Notes: a model not told the origin generated them from the letters alone. A DNA stretch of 64,000 nucleotides from an uncultured delta proteobacterium (GCA_963745025.1 CAVUWD010000016.1:960001-1024000), one strand, 5' to 3'. Positions 19,371 to 31,129 are shown, counted from the stretch's first letter. Numbers and translations are program-made.

Positions 19371-20752
19371 CTCATCCTCCGCTGCACGAACACCAGGCCC
19401 CCGAGTATGACGAAGATCGCAGGCAGGATCACCACGCCCAGCATGAACAGCCTGTAATTCTGCCGGCTCGACAGAAAGAACTGCTCCTTTCCCGCGATCT
19501 TGCGCTCTGGGCGCACGCCGATCAGAGTGTCCTCAAGCGCGAGCCAATTTACGCTGTTTACGACCAAGTCCCGGTTCCCGAGCATCTCGATGAACTCGTT
19601 GTTCGCGAAGTCGACGTCACTGTATACGATGATCCGGCCCGCCTTGCGTACCGCTTGATCCTCCTTCACCGGTTCGTTCCCCGCCACGCGCACTGCGAGC
19701 GAAACGCCGACGACGAAGGGTCCGTGCCGGTCACCCCGCTTGGCGTCGAATTCGAGATTCTCGGGAAGCCCTCTGCCGCTCAGCGGCATCGCCCAACTGC
19801 TCTTCGAGGTCGACAGCAACGGGAGCACGTCGATGTCCTCGTTGTCTCCGGGCTGGATGTCGATCGGTCCGAACAAGGAAAAGAGCGGATCGTCGGATGT
19901 CGAAGTGACGCTCGACTCGTGAGCCTTCTCCGGAATGCGCGACGTGATCGGCTCCCCCGCGGAGAGCTGATTGTCGGATTCCCCGATCATCTGCGCAGGC
20001 AGATCAACTCGATAGCGGTGAAGGAACTCCGCCCACGACGGGCTCGCGCCGGGATCCAGCAGCACGAGCATCGCCCCCCCGCTGCGCAAGTACCCGTCGA
20101 GCTTCGACGCTTCGTCGGGCAAGAAATCTCGCCTCGGTCCGAGCACGACGATCGTCGCCGCGTCCGGCGGGATCTGCTGCGAGCCGAATAGCGAGAGCGG
20201 CTTTACGTGATAGAACTCTTGCTCGAGCACGTTGCGCAGGGTCGAGTATCCCTTGTGCCGATCCGCCTCGTTGGTGTCACCCTCGCCGTGCCCCGAGAGA
20301 ACGTAGACGTACTTCTCGTAGTCCCGCGTCACCTGCAGGATCGCCGCCATCAAGATCTCCTCGCGCGCGTTCGAGAGGCTCTTGCGACGGGCCCCGCACT
20401 CGACGATGACCGAGCCGTACGAATCCGCACGGTAGACGCGCGCCAGCGCTGGGTTTCGGTTGAGATCGACGAACCGGGTCTTGACGTGCGGCTGTCGCTC
20501 CTCGATTCGCCAGGACAGATCTCGCAGGTAGTTGTTCCGCGCATCCTCGCGGCCGAGGAACGCGATGATCTTCACGTCCTTTTTGACGTCGTCGAGGATG
20601 CGAAGCGAGTGCGGCGAGAGCGTGAAGAACTTGCCGGGCGTGAGATCGAGACGGAGGTTGTGGCGATAGCTGATGGCCTCGCCGATCGAGAACAGCGCGA
20701 CCACGCCGAGCACGTTCAGCAGCAGCAGGGCGTAGTTCTTGAGCGCCGTCAT
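19367..20752 (-). CDS. GldG-family ABC auxiliary component
   Basis: RLDLT...TLS, VYVLSGHGE, GNRDL..NSVNWL, C-terminal TM. Confidence 0.82.
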   Translation of the reverse strand: MTALKNYALLLLNVLGVVALFSIGEAISYRHNLRLDLTPGKFFTLSPHSLRILDDVKKDVKIIAFLGREDARNNYLRDLSWRIEERQPHVKTRFVDLNRNPALARVYRADSYGSVIVECGARRKSLSNAREEILMAAILQVTRDYEKYVYVLSGHGEGDTNEADRHKGYSTLRNVLEQEFYHVKPLSLFGSQQIPPDAATIVVLGPRRDFLPDEASKLDGYLRSGGAMLVLLDPGASPSWAEFLHRYRVDLPAQMIGESDNQLSAGEPITSRIPEKAHESSVTSTSDDPLFSLFGPIDIQPGDNEDIDVLPLLSTSKSSWAMPLSGRGLPENLEFDAKRGDRHGPFVVGVSLAVRVAGNEPVKEDQAVRKAGRIIVYSDVDFANNEFIEMLGNRDLVVNSVNWLALEDTLIGVRPERKIAGKEQFFLSSRQNYRLFMLGVVILPAIFVILGGLVFVQRRMS

Positions 20753-21498
20753 CGGCGGCCTCGCCAGCGACGCGATTCGAGCGAGCGCAACGTGAGGATC
20801 GTAAAGAAGGCGATGATGAGCAGGTAATAGATCACGTCGCTCGAATCGATCACGCCTTTGGAGAAATTCCAGAAGTGATCGAACGTGGAGAACGCCTTGA
20901 GGACGTTCATCACATCATCGCTGCCGGCTGCCTCGTTCCAGGTCATCAGCCAGAGAACTCCCACGAGAAACAGCGAAAAGACCCCGGCGACGACCTGGCT
21001 GTCCGTGAGCGAAGAGACGAACAGGCCGATCGCGATGAACACCAGCCCGAGCAGCAACAAGCCGCTGTAGCCCGCGGTGACGAGCTGAAACGGGAAGGGC
21101 TGAATGCTGAAGAGATAGAGCGGGTAGAGCAGCGTACCCGCGAGCATGATGAGAAACACGGTCGCCGCAGCGAGGAACTTCCCCGCGACGATCTCGCCGT
21201 CACGCATCGGATAGGTGAAGAGCAGCTCGATCGTTCCGAGCTTCCGCTCCTCGGCGAAGAGACGCATCGTCAGCAGCGGCACGATGAACGTCATGACCTT
21301 GGTCGCCATGTCGACGAAGAGCAGCTGGAAGAAGTTACTCAGGATGTCCATGCCGAAGCCGAACTGCGTGAAGAAGTTGAGATCGGAATAGAAGAACCAG
21401 CCGCAAAGACACAGGAACACCGCCGTCATCACGTAGAACAGCGGGGTGACGAAGTAGGAGCGGACCTCTTTCTTGTAGAGCGCCCAGGTTCGGTGCAT
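20749..21498 (-). CDS. ABC-2 permease (GldF-like)
   Basis: KKEVRSYF.TP, PLLTMRLFAEERKLGTIELL. Confidence 0.85.
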   Translation of the reverse strand: MHRTWALYKKEVRSYFVTPLFYVMTAVFLCLCGWFFYSDLNFFTQFGFGMDILSNFFQLLFVDMATKVMTFIVPLLTMRLFAEERKLGTIELLFTYPMRDGEIVAGKFLAAATVFLIMLAGTLLYPLYLFSIQPFPFQLVTAGYSGLLLLGLVFIAIGLFVSSLTDSQVVAGVFSLFLVGVLWLMTWNEAAGSDDVMNVLKAFSTFDHFWNFSKGVIDSSDVIYYLLIIAFFTILTLRSLESRRWRGRR

Positions 21499-21499
21499 C

Positions 21500-22471
21500 T
21501 CAGTTCACCCGCATTTCGTGCCGCCGCTCCTCTCCCACCAGGCGCACGAACAAGTCCTCGAGGGTCATCGTCACCGGGCTCACCTCCACGAGGCTCCACC
21601 CGCGGTCGATGATCGTTCGGGCGATTGCCTTGCGAACCGCCTCGTCCCTCGACACGATCTTCAACCGCGTCGTCGCGTCGCTCGGCACGCGGTCTTCGTT
21701 CACCTGCTCGACTCCGGGAAGCGCTTGCAGCGCCGCCGTCACTTCGCCGACCGGGCCCTCCACGCGAACCAAGGTTTGATAGAATCCTTGAACGCGTCGG
21801 TTGAGCGCTTCGGTGGTGTCGTCGGCGATGATGTGTCCGCGGTGAATGATGATGGCGCGGTCGCAGACGATGCTCGCCTCGTGGAGGATGTGCGTCGAAA
21901 GCAGGATCGTGCTCTGGCCACGCAGCTCGCGGATGAGGTTGCGGATGTCGATCACCTGATTCGGATCGAGGCCGACGGTCGGCTCGTCGAGAATCAGCAG
22001 CGCGGGCTCGGCGATGAGCGCTTGGGCGAGGCCAACCCGCTGTCGAAAGCCCTTCGAGAGCTTGCCGATCTCCCGCTTGCGGACCTCGCCGAGGCCCACG
22101 GCTTGGATCACCGCCTCCACGCGGCTACGAAGCTTCAGCCCGCGCAAGTCTTTGACCTCGCCGCAGAAGCGGAGATACCGGGCGACCGGGATGTCGGGAT
22201 AGAGCACGACGCTCTCGGGCAGGTAGCCGATCAGGCGACGAACGCCGATCGACTCGCCTTCGACGTCAAGGCCGCCGACCCGCGCCCGTCCCGACGTCGG
22301 TGGGAAGAACCCTGTGAGGATGCGCATGATCGTCGTCTTGCCGGAGCCGTTCGGACCGAGGAGCCCGATGATCTCTCCGCGCTTGACGTGGAACGAGACG
22401 TCGTCCACCGCGACGGTGGAGCCGAATTGTTTTCGCAGCCTCTCGACATCGATCATGTGGGGACTGGTCAT
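21500..22471 (-). CDS. ABC ATP-binding protein (GldA-like)
   Basis: GPNGSGKT, LSKGFRQRVG, ILDEPT. Confidence 0.88.
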   Translation of the reverse strand: MTSPHMIDVERLRKQFGSTVAVDDVSFHVKRGEIIGLLGPNGSGKTTIMRILTGFFPPTSGRARVGGLDVEGESIGVRRLIGYLPESVVLYPDIPVARYLRFCGEVKDLRGLKLRSRVEAVIQAVGLGEVRKREIGKLSKGFRQRVGLAQALIAEPALLILDEPTVGLDPNQVIDIRNLIRELRGQSTILLSTHILHEASIVCDRAIIIHRGHIIADDTTEALNRRVQGFYQTLVRVEGPVGEVTAALQALPGVEQVNEDRVPSDATTRLKIVSRDEAVRKAIARTIIDRGWSLVEVSPVTMTLEDLFVRLVGEERRHEMRVN

Positions 22472-22608
22472 ATGGCTTCCGTGATGGCCGGTCAAACGAG
22501 GTTTCGACCAGGATAGACCACCGGAGCTGCTCGAAAATTCAGGGGACGGACCCTGAGAACCAGTGCGACTTGAGTAGCGGCCTTGGGGATGCGATGCAGT
22601 AAATTACC

Positions 22609-23592
22609 ATGCTCGCCCGTAGCAAGCGCCGTTGGGAGATGCCGGAATCGCAGGCCACCCCGGAGGAGCTTTTCCGCGGTCGGCGTCGGCTACTGGCCGG
22701 TCTCGCGGCCGGCAGCGCGGCCGCGGTCGCGGCTGGCTGCGGCATGCTTTCGAAGCCGATTCCCCCGACCTCCCCGAGCGAGGTCGACCCCTCGGCCAAT
22801 CTTTATCCGGCCAAGCGCAATCCCCGATACGTCCTGGACCGAGCCGTGAGCGAAGAGAAGCTCGTGACGGCGTTCAACAACTTCTTCGAGTTCAGCGGCG
22901 ACAAGCGGCTGGCGCGGGAGGCTCAGGTGCTGCAGATCCGGCCGTGGACGGTCACGATCGATGGTCTCGTCGAAAAGCCCATGACGCTCGACATCGATAC
23001 GTTGCTCCGGAAGCTGCCGATCGAGGAGCGACTCTACCGACATCGCTGCGTCGAGGCATGGGCAATGGCCGTTCCCTGGAGCGGCATCCCGCTAAGGTCG
23101 TTCGTCGAATACGCCCACCCGCTCGCGTCGGCCCGCTACCTCCGCATGGAGACGTTTCTCGACCGCGTGCGCGTTCCTCGCCAGCGCCAGGTGTGGTTTC
23201 CATGGCCGTACGTCGAAGGTCTGACGCTCGCCGAGGCCACGAACGAGCTGGCGTTCCTTTCGACCGGTGCCTACGGAAAGCCGCTCGCCAAGCAGAACGG
23301 GTCGCCGCTCCGGCTCACCGTCCCGTGGAAGTATGGCTTCAAGTCGGTCAAATCGATCGTGCGCTTTACGTTCACCGACACCCGTCCCGTGAGCTTCTGG
23401 GAGCGCATGAATGGAAATGAATACGGCTTCTGGGCCAACGTGAACCCGGCGGTGCCGCATCCCCGCTGGAGCCAGGAGACCGAGACCATGCTCGGCACCG
23501 GCGAAGACTTTCCGACACAGATCTACAACGGCTACGGCGAGTACGTCGCCGATCTCTACCGCGGGCTCGAAGCGGAGCGGCTCTTCACGTGA
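22609..23592 (+). CDS. msrP: Protein-methionine-sulfoxide reductase catalytic subunit MsrP (YedY)
   Basis: Twin-arginine-like RRRLL, NNFFEF, YRHRCVEAW, WKYGFKS.KSI, FWANVNP.VPHPRWSQ. Confidence 0.92.
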   Translation: MLARSKRRWEMPESQATPEELFRGRRRLLAGLAAGSAAAVAAGCGMLSKPIPPTSPSEVDPSANLYPAKRNPRYVLDRAVSEEKLVTAFNNFFEFSGDKRLAREAQVLQIRPWTVTIDGLVEKPMTLDIDTLLRKLPIEERLYRHRCVEAWAMAVPWSGIPLRSFVEYAHPLASARYLRMETFLDRVRVPRQRQVWFPWPYVEGLTLAEATNELAFLSTGAYGKPLAKQNGSPLRLTVPWKYGFKSVKSIVRFTFTDTRPVSFWERMNGNEYGFWANVNPAVPHPRWSQETETMLGTGEDFPTQIYNGYGEYVADLYRGLEAERLFT

Positions 23593-23983
23593 GCGGGAGC
23601 TCGCGGGCTTCGGCAGGGGTGGTCCACCGCGGTACGATCGCCAGTGCGTTGGCCGGTGGTGCCAGGAAGAGCAGAACGAGCCAGAGAGCCTCGTCGGCCC
23701 GCGTGTCGGGATCGAGTCGCGCCGTCAACCAGACGACGAAGAACAGCAGGAAACCATTCAGCAGAAGCGCCGCCGCTTTCACCGTCGCCCCGATCTCCGG
23801 ATCGAGCCGCCGGCGGTAACCGAGCACCAACGCCAGCCAGCTGACCGCCGGCGCTGCGAGCAGGAGCCCCAGATAAATGAAATCGGGCGGCGCCAACCGT
23901 CCCTGCAGGCGCCCGAGCCCGACCAAGAACACTGCGCCGTTCAACAGGAACGCTATCGCCCTGAGCGTCGCACGCACCCGCAT
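23585..23983 (-). CDS. Hypothetical 4-TM membrane protein
   Basis: Four hydrophobic segments; fills the gap between flanking genes. Confidence 0.6.
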   Translation of the reverse strand: MRVRATLRAIAFLLNGAVFLVGLGRLQGRLAPPDFIYLGLLLAAPAVSWLALVLGYRRRLDPEIGATVKAAALLLNGFLLFFVVWLTARLDPDTRADEALWLVLLFLAPPANALAIVPRWTTPAEARELPLT

Positions 23984-24130
23984 CGCGCGGATTCATAGGA
24001 GATCCGCGGCGAGACCACAACGCGCCGTCGTGCTTCCGCGCCCTGGGCGAATCTGCTAAGCGGTCGCGCCTCGGGGACCCGCCCGGGGTATGCGTCTCCC
24101 CGCTCTGAGCAGCAATCTTCAGCGAACCGT

Positions 24131-25171
24131 ATGCGCCGCCTGCAACTGTTGCTACTCCTGTTCGGCGTCGGCCTCTTCGTCTTCGTCGTGCAGAAGGCCG
24201 GGGTTGCGAGGGTCTTCCATGGCCTGCGCTCGGTGGGTTGGTGGTTCGTGGCGGTCTTCGCGCTCGAGCTGGTGATCGACGTCCTGCACAGCGAGGCCTG
24301 GCGCTGGTGCCTGCCCGGCGGGGTTCGCGAAGTGTCTCGCTTCGACACGCTGCTCGCGCGAACCGCGGGTGTCGCGGTCAACGTGCTGACGCCGACCGCG
24401 ACCGTCGGGGGCGAGGTCGTCAAGGGCATGCTGCTGCGCCGCTGGGTTCCGCTCGCCGACGGTTTCGCGTCGGTGATGGTCGACAAGCTCACATTCGCGC
24501 TCGGCCAGGCGATCTTTCTCTCGACCGGCATGCTCGCGGTATTCACGGGTCTCTCCTTCGACGTCAAGGAGGAGGCGCTTGCGCTCGGCGCGTTCGCGCT
24601 CTGGATCGCGGCCGTCGTTGCCTTCTTCGCGCTGCAGCGCGCAGGCATCTTTCGAGTCGGCCTCGGCGTCGTGCGGACGATTTTCGGCGGCTCCGCGCTC
24701 CTCGAACGCCTGCCCGGCCATGCCGCGACCTTCGATACCAAGGTGGCGATGTTTCTGCGCACTCGCCACCGCGAGCTTGCCGCTTCAGTCGGGCTTCACC
24801 TGCTCGCGCAATTCGCACGGGTCCCGCAGTACTACCTCGTGATGTCGGCACTCGGCCTCCACCCGACGGCCGCGACGTGCTTCACGACGGCGTCTGGACT
24901 GGTCTTCATGGAGGCGACCCTGTTCCTGATCCCGGCCAAGCTCGGCGTCTTCGAGGGCGGCAACGCGCTCATCTTCTCGCGCCTCGGCTACGGCGTGGCC
25001 GATGGCATCATCGTTTCCTTCACGCTGCGTCTGTCGGAGCTCGCCTCCGCCCTGCTCGGGCTTGCCGCCCTCGCCTACCTCCACTTCCGTCCGCAAGAGC
25101 GGGCGCCGGGATTCGGGCTTCAGGATTCGGCAGAGGATTCCTCCGGGTCTTTGCCGAAGCCTGAAGGCTGA
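24131..25171 (+). CDS. Flippase-like membrane protein (lysylphosphatidylglycerol-synthase TM family)
   Basis: PTATVGGEVVK, IPAKLGVFEG, multiple TM helices. Confidence 0.78.
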   Translation: MRRLQLLLLLFGVGLFVFVVQKAGVARVFHGLRSVGWWFVAVFALELVIDVLHSEAWRWCLPGGVREVSRFDTLLARTAGVAVNVLTPTATVGGEVVKGMLLRRWVPLADGFASVMVDKLTFALGQAIFLSTGMLAVFTGLSFDVKEEALALGAFALWIAAVVAFFALQRAGIFRVGLGVVRTIFGGSALLERLPGHAATFDTKVAMFLRTRHRELAASVGLHLLAQFARVPQYYLVMSALGLHPTAATCFTTASGLVFMEATLFLIPAKLGVFEGGNALIFSRLGYGVADGIIVSFTLRLSELASALLGLAALAYLHFRPQERAPGFGLQDSAEDSSGSLPKPEG

Positions 25172-25210
25172 AGCCTTTCGCCCGAAGGCCGAAGCCTGCG
25201 GCTGGAGGCC
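25109..25210. repeat. Heptamer-arm palindrome E4 (GGCTTCR variant, extended arm)
   Basis: ggattcg-ggcttca-ggattcg...GTCTTT...cgaagcc-tgaaggc-tgaagcc, plus further degenerate heptamers up to the regulator stop. Confidence 0.65.
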
Positions 25211-26607
25211 TATTCCGATGGCTTTCGCAACCGCTTGTAGAGCGTCTTCGGATCGATCCCGAGCAGGCGCGCCGCCTGGCTCTTGTTGCCACTGCAACGC
25301 TCGAGCGCGTACAGAACGTACTCGTCGGTCACTTGCTCGAGCTTCAGGATCGGCCGCTCGTCCCAAGCGGTTCCTCGCTTGGGACGAGCGGAGCGCACGT
25401 TGAGCGGCAAATCGTCGACCTGCACTTCCTCGCCCGCCGAGAGAATCCGCAACGCGTAGACGCAGTTCTTCAACTCGCGCACGTTGCCCGGCCAGCGATA
25501 GGCGGCGAGCGCCGCCACTGCCTCCGTGGAAATGCCCTTCACCCGGGGGTTCTTTCCGGCGCCCTCGAGGAGGAAATGGCGCACCAGCGGCTCGATGTCC
25601 TCACTGCGTTCGCGTAGGGGCGGAATGTGCAGCGGCACTCCGTTCAGCCGGTAGTAGAGATCCTCGCGAAACCTCCCGGCGGGAACTTCCGCGGCGAGGT
25701 CCTTGTTCGTCGCCGCCACCACGCGTACGTTTACCCGCGTCGTGCGGTTCTCGCCGACGCGGCGGATCTCCCCCGATTCGAGCGTGCGCAGGAGCTTCGA
25801 CTGGACCGCCGGGCTCATCTCGCCGATCTCGTCCAGGAAGAGCGTCCCGCCGTCCGCTGCTTCCACCAGTCCGAGGCGGCGCTCGACGGCGCCGGTGAAC
25901 GCTCCGCGTTGATGGCCGAAGAGCTCGCTCTCGAAAAGCGCGTCGGGAATGGCGCTGCAGTTGATGACCACGAAGGGCTTCGCGCGGCGCGCGGAGAGAC
26001 CGTGAATGAGACGGGCGACGAGCTCCTTTCCGGTGCCGCTCTCCCCCTGGATGAGGACCGCCGAGTCCGCCGGCGCGACTCGCTCGATGCGGGCGAGCAG
26101 CGCCTGCATGCTCGCGCTATTCGCGACCAGGGTCGCGCTCCCCGCCTCGCCGCACACCAGTCGCTTGAGCGCGGCGTTCTCGCGCCGCAGCGCCCGGTGC
26201 TCCACGGCCCGCCACAGCACCGCCGAGAGCTCGGAGAGCCGGCACGGCTTGGTGAGGTAGTCGTACGCGCCGGCCCGCATCCCGGCCACCGCACCCTCGA
26301 TCGTGCCGTGACCGGTCAGCAGCACCACCTCGGTGCCGGGGGTTTCCTGCCGCAGCCGTTTCAGCGTCTCGACTCCGTCCATGCCGGGCATCAGGATGTC
26401 GACGACGGCGACGGAGAAGTCCTCGCTCTGCGCGCGCTCGATGCCCTCTTCCCCGGAGCCCGCGGTGGTCACGTGAAAGCCGAGACGGGGGAGCTCGCGA
26501 GCCAGCATGGCACGCATCATTTCCTCGTCGTCGACGACGAGCACGTGGGGCGGGGGCGCCGAAGACGTCACCGCGTCGCGATCGGGCGAAGCGCTCGGTT
26601 CAGGCAT
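25210..26607 (-). CDS. Sigma54-dependent response regulator (NtrC/AtoC family)
   Basis: Receiver domain (VVDDE, DILMPG), [22 protein letters not shown], Fis-type HTH. Confidence 0.93.
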   Translation of the reverse strand: MPEPSASPDRDAVTSSAPPPHVLVVDDEEMMRAMLARELPRLGFHVTTAGSGEEGIERAQSEDFSVAVVDILMPGMDGVETLKRLRQETPGTEVVLLTGHGTIEGAVAGMRAGAYDYLTKPCRLSELSAVLWRAVEHRALRRENAALKRLVCGEAGSATLVANSASMQALLARIERVAPADSAVLIQGESGTGKELVARLIHGLSARRAKPFVVINCSAIPDALFESELFGHQRGAFTGAVERRLGLVEAADGGTLFLDEIGEMSPAVQSKLLRTLESGEIRRVGENRTTRVNVRVVAATNKDLAAEVPAGRFREDLYYRLNGVPLHIPPLRERSEDIEPLVRHFLLEGAGKNPRVKGISTEAVAALAAYRWPGNVRELKNCVYALRILSAGEEVQVDDLPLNVRSARPKRGTAWDERPILKLEQVTDEYVLYALERCSGNKSQAARLLGIDPKTLYKRLRKPSE

Positions 26608-28552
26608 GGACACGAACCTCACTTCGAGGCGACAGGGTCAAGCGGATCACGAACTCGCACCCCACGCCGACCGCGGATTCCCTGAGCTCGATCTCGCCGT
26701 CGTTTTCTCTCACCAGATCATGACAGAGCGCAAGCCCGAGACCCGTGCCCTTTTCGGGCGGCTTCGTCGAGAAGAACGGCTCGAAGATCCTGTCGCGGAG
26801 CTCCTCGGGAATACCGTCGCCGTTGTCCCGCACCGCGATCTCCGCCACGCCGTCGAGGGCGCGGGTTGCGATCCGCACCCATCCACCCCGCTCCACTGCG
26901 TCGAGCCCGTTCATCGCAAGGTTCAGTAAGACTTGCTTCAGTTGCTCCGGGTCCGCCTCGACCCACGCGCCGGTCGGGCTCAGATCCCCGCGGAGATCCT
27001 TCCCCTCGCTACGAGTGTGATTCGCGAGCAACTCGATCACCTGACGGGCGATCGCGTTGACGTCGATCCGCTGCTTCTCGGGCGCACGGCTGCGCGCGAA
27101 GTGCAGGAACCGCTGGACGATGGTCTTCAGGCGATCGACCTCCTGCCCGATCAGGCGCAGGTATTCCGGAAAGTCGCGGAACGCGGGCTCGGCCGCGAGC
27201 GTCGGGGCGCGGCTACGATCGAGAAGGCCTTCGGCAAAACCGGCGAGTATGCCGAGGGGGTTGTTGATCTCGTGCGCCACCCCCGCAGCGAGTCGGCCGA
27301 CGGCCGCCATGCGATCCTGGAGGATGAGCATCTTCTGAGCTTCGGCCAACTCGTGCGTTCGCTCCTCGACCTTCCGCTCGAGCGCGTCGTTCCACTGGCG
27401 GAGCGTCTCGAGCAACGTCCGGTTTTCCGCCAGCGCGCGCTCGAGCGCTGCGGTACGGTCCCCGACCATCTGCTCGAGGTGCTCGGTCAGCCGATGCAGC
27501 TCCTCGATACGGGTCTTCAGCGACTGGCGCATCGCCTCGAAGGCTCGCGTGAGCTCCTCGATCTCGCTCGAGCCCGCCGGGGCCGGCAAGCGGAAATCGT
27601 AGTTGCCGCCGCCGAGCTGGCGGGACGCCGCCGCCAGCTTGGTGAGCGGTCGGGCGATCGAGCGGCTGACGAAGAAGCCGATGCCGAGCGCGCCGCCCAA
27701 GGCGACCGCGGCGATGAACGCCAGCTGTCGCTCCAGCGCGCGGAGCTCCGTCGCCTCTCCCTTGAGAGATCGTAGGATCGCGTACCACGCGATCGGGGCC
27801 CCGTCGATGTCCGAGAACGGACTGACGACGATCGCTGGAACTCCGCTCGCGAGATCGACCGTTCCATAGACGGCGCGATTGTCGTGGATTCGGCCGGAGA
27901 GTTGCTCCACCGCTCGAATCTCGCCTGGCTCGAGCGGCCGCGAGGAGGCGACGACGTTGGAGCCGACCAAGAACGCGATGTCCTGGCCGGAAAGCAGCGA
28001 CAGCTGCTGGGCGAAGTTGCCGTCCACCCGATAACCAACCGAAATCGTGCCCGCGAGCCCGGTCGCCAATCGCACCGGCACCGACACCATCGCGTAGAGC
28101 CGCCCGTCCTGCACCCACATCGTGCTCGCGCGCTCGCCGCGGAGCGCACGCGCCACCGCGGTCGTCTCGCGAAACGTCTCGCCGACCTCCCAACGGCGAT
28201 CCGTGCGGGCGAGGATCACGCCCATCCGGTCGGTCACGATCACCACCTCCGAGCCGATCAGCTGGTTGATTCGCTGGCAGGCGTACTCGAGCCGCCCCGG
28301 ATCGGTAACTTCCAGCGGCTGGTAGAAGACGCCGAGCTCCGCCACGAGCGTCGCCGCCGTGATCAACCCCTCGGCGCGCGTGAGGAGCAGCTCCTCGAAC
28401 ACGCGCCGCGACGTTTCGAGCTGCTCCCGCGCCGCCGCCTGCACCCGGCTGTTCATGTGCAGATCGACGAGCCAGAACGCTCCGAGCAGGGCGACGGCCA
28501 CCAACGGCCCGAAGTAGCCGAGAATCTTCGCCTGAAGACGAACCCTGCGCAC
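26600..28552 (-). CDS. HAMP sensor histidine kinase with Cache-like periplasmic domain
   Basis: Two TM helices, [36 protein letters not shown]. Confidence 0.92.
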   Translation of the reverse strand: MRRVRLQAKILGYFGPLVAVALLGAFWLVDLHMNSRVQAAAREQLETSRRVFEELLLTRAEGLITAATLVAELGVFYQPLEVTDPGRLEYACQRINQLIGSEVVIVTDRMGVILARTDRRWEVGETFRETTAVARALRGERASTMWVQDGRLYAMVSVPVRLATGLAGTISVGYRVDGNFAQQLSLLSGQDIAFLVGSNVVASSRPLEPGEIRAVEQLSGRIHDNRAVYGTVDLASGVPAIVVSPFSDIDGAPIAWYAILRSLKGEATELRALERQLAFIAAVALGGALGIGFFVSRSIARPLTKLAAASRQLGGGNYDFRLPAPAGSSEIEELTRAFEAMRQSLKTRIEELHRLTEHLEQMVGDRTAALERALAENRTLLETLRQWNDALERKVEERTHELAEAQKMLILQDRMAAVGRLAAGVAHEINNPLGILAGFAEGLLDRSRAPTLAAEPAFRDFPEYLRLIGQEVDRLKTIVQRFLHFARSRAPEKQRIDVNAIARQVIELLANHTRSEGKDLRGDLSPTGAWVEADPEQLKQVLLNLAMNGLDAVERGGWVRIATRALDGVAEIAVRDNGDGIPEELRDRIFEPFFSTKPPEKGTGLGLALCHDLVRENDGEIELRESAVGVGCEFVIRLTLSPRSEVRVHA

Positions 28553-28560
28553 TCGCGCCG

Positions 28561-28589
28561 AGTATAGGCGCCGTGGTTAGGGTCGGCAA
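28561..28589 (-). promoter_or_regulatory. Sigma70-type promoter, probably giving a leaderless kinase transcript
   Basis: TTGCCG-17 nt-TATACT, 8 nt before GTG 28552, no SD. Confidence 0.55.
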
Positions 28590-28755
28590 TTCAAAGGCGG
28601 ACAGCCGCCCGCTCGGCCCATGGGATCGGCCTCTCGGTCCTCGGCCGGGCGGGCGCTCGACAGCATCCGCTCGCCCGGCATCCGACATGAGCCCGAAACG
28701 ACCGAACCGATGAAAAACCGCTGGCGCATAAGGTCGACGTACAGCGGCTCGGAGG

Positions 28756-31129
28756 CTAAGCGACGACCCCCGCGTGATCGCTCCCCGCTCGACGCCCGAG
28801 AAACCGCGGCACGAACATCACCAGGCAAGCAGGCAAGAGCGTGACGCTTGCCAGGAAGCTCACCGCCATCCACAGCGCCAGCAGCAAACCCATCTCCGCA
28901 TCGAAGCGGATGCTCGAAAAGGTCCAGAAGAGGATGCCCGCGATCATCGTCAGCGCCGTGAAGGTCACGGCTTTGCCGGCCGTCCGCAGCGCCGCGAGCG
29001 TCGCCGCTTCGACGGAATCTGCGGCGCCGAGCTCTTCGCGCACGCGGCTCACCACGTAGAACGCGAAGTCGATGCCGAAGCCGACGCCAACGGTAATCGA
29101 CCGGCAGCGTCTGCACGTTGATGCCGATGCCGCGCACGCCCATGTACGCGTTGACCACCTCGTTGGCGATCAGCAGCGGCACGATCATGTAGATCCCGGC
29201 GACCACCGACCAGTAGGTGAGACAGACGACGACGAAGATCGTCACGTAGCCGACCACGTTCAGCGTCACGTCGTTTCGCACCATCTCCTCGTTCGCCGCC
29301 GCGAGCACGCCGATCAGTCCGCCGGCCAGCCGGAAGCGGGCATCCTGGAGCGGGTTCTCCGCGATGAACTGCTGAGCGCGCGCGATGATGCGCCGGATCG
29401 TCGGCCCGCGGTGATTCTTGCAATAGAAGAAGAGCGCGGTGTTGTTGAAGTTCGGCTCCATGAAGCGCGCGGTCTCGGCGTACGACGTGCCTTGGAAGAA
29501 CGCGCCGAAGAGAAAGCCCACGGTCGTCGCCTCCGTGGGGACGACGCCCCACCGCGGCTCGCCCTCGTGCACGAACGTTGCCATCGTCGTGATCACGTCG
29601 ACGAACGAGAAGCTCGCTCCCACCTCCGGATCGCGCTCGAGGAAGCGCTGGAACCTCTCGAAGGTCTTCACGTTGCCGGGGATGCGCATCGCCCCCGGTT
29701 TCTGGGCCTCGACGACGATGATCAGCGGTTCGATCCCGCCGAACTCTTCCTGGATCTGGCTGTGCGCGAAGTTGTACGGCGAATCGCGCTGCAGGAGCGG
29801 CGTCACGGCCTCTGAATCGCCGACCACGAGCCGTGTCCAAAAGAACGGGCTCGCCACCATCACCACCACCCACACGACGAGGCTCACCCGCCTGCCCATC
29901 GGCGAGACGACTGCGTGCGCGGCCGCATCGACCCAGCGCTGGAACAGACCGTGCTCGCGCGACTCGACCATCTCCCGCTCGGGCGGGTTCAGGTAGAAGT
30001 AGACGACCGGGTTCAAGAAAAGCTCGCTGACCACGATCGCCGCGATCCAGAACGACGCCGTGAGCGCCAGCTTTTGCAGCAGCACGATCGGAACGAGCAG
30101 GATCGCGAGCACGCCGAGCGCGTCGGTCAGAATGCCGGAAAGCGTCGGCACGAAAAGCGCCGCGAAGGAGCGGACGATCGCTTCCTCCTTTTGCCATCCG
30201 CAGCGGCGGTACTCTTCGTAGTACCGTTCGTGCATCTGTGCCGAGTGGCTGACCGCGCGCGCGGTGATGAAGAACGGGATCACCAGCGTCAGTGGGTCGA
30301 GCGAAAAGCCGATCAGGTGAATGAATCCGAGGCCCCAGATCCCCGAGATCACGCCGGAGATGGTCGGCCGAAGCGCTCCCTTCCAGTCGCGAAAGTAGAG
30401 GTAGAGGAGCATCCATGCGACGACCGAGGTCGCCAGAAGAATCCAGTACACCTGCCCGGCGTATTGATAGACCCATCCGTAGAGCTGTGGCTCGCCGGCG
30501 ACGAGAATCTCCGTGTTCGCGTCGGCGAAGGGTTTGACGATGCGGGTCTGGATCTCCTCGAAGAGCTTGCGCTGGTCGATGATGTTCTCGAGAAAGCTCG
30601 CGCGGATCAGCGCCGCGCGATTGTCGATCGACACCAGAACCCCGTAGAGGTTCTGCGAAGCGTGCACGATGCGGCGCACCTTATCGACGTCGGCCTGGGT
30701 CTTCGCACCGCCCATCATGACGGGCTGCATCTCCATCAGCCCGCCGGCGGACACGCGCAGCGTCCGATTCGTACGGTGCGCCAGCGACTCGATCTGGTAG
30801 TGGTTGACGCCGTAGATCTTGTCGAGCTCCTGGGTCATCGACCAGATCTTGTCGAGCGTCTTGATGTTGAAGATGTCGCCCTCCCGGACGCGCAGCATGA
30901 TCAACACGGTATTCGCCCCGCCGAACGTCTGGGCGAACTGCCGGTGGACCGCGATGAAGGGATGCGTCGACGGCAGCAGCTCGTCGAAGCGACTCTGAAG
31001 TCGGAGTTGCGCCGCGTGGTAGCCGAAGAATGCGGTGAGGACGGCGATCAGCGCGAGCGCCGCCACGCGCCAGCGAATCAGAGCCCGTCCCAGCGAGACG
31101 AGCCGGCCTGCCTGCAGGTTGTCGCTCAT
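28756..31129 (-). pseudogene. MMPL/RND-family transporter with +1 frameshift at ~29098 (pseudogene or sequence error)
   Basis: Homologous to the two 803-aa MMPLs. Frame reads INVQTLPV then shifts; removing 1 nt restores ITVGVGFGIDFAFYVVSR, which continues into ORF 28756..29055. Confidence 0.8.
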
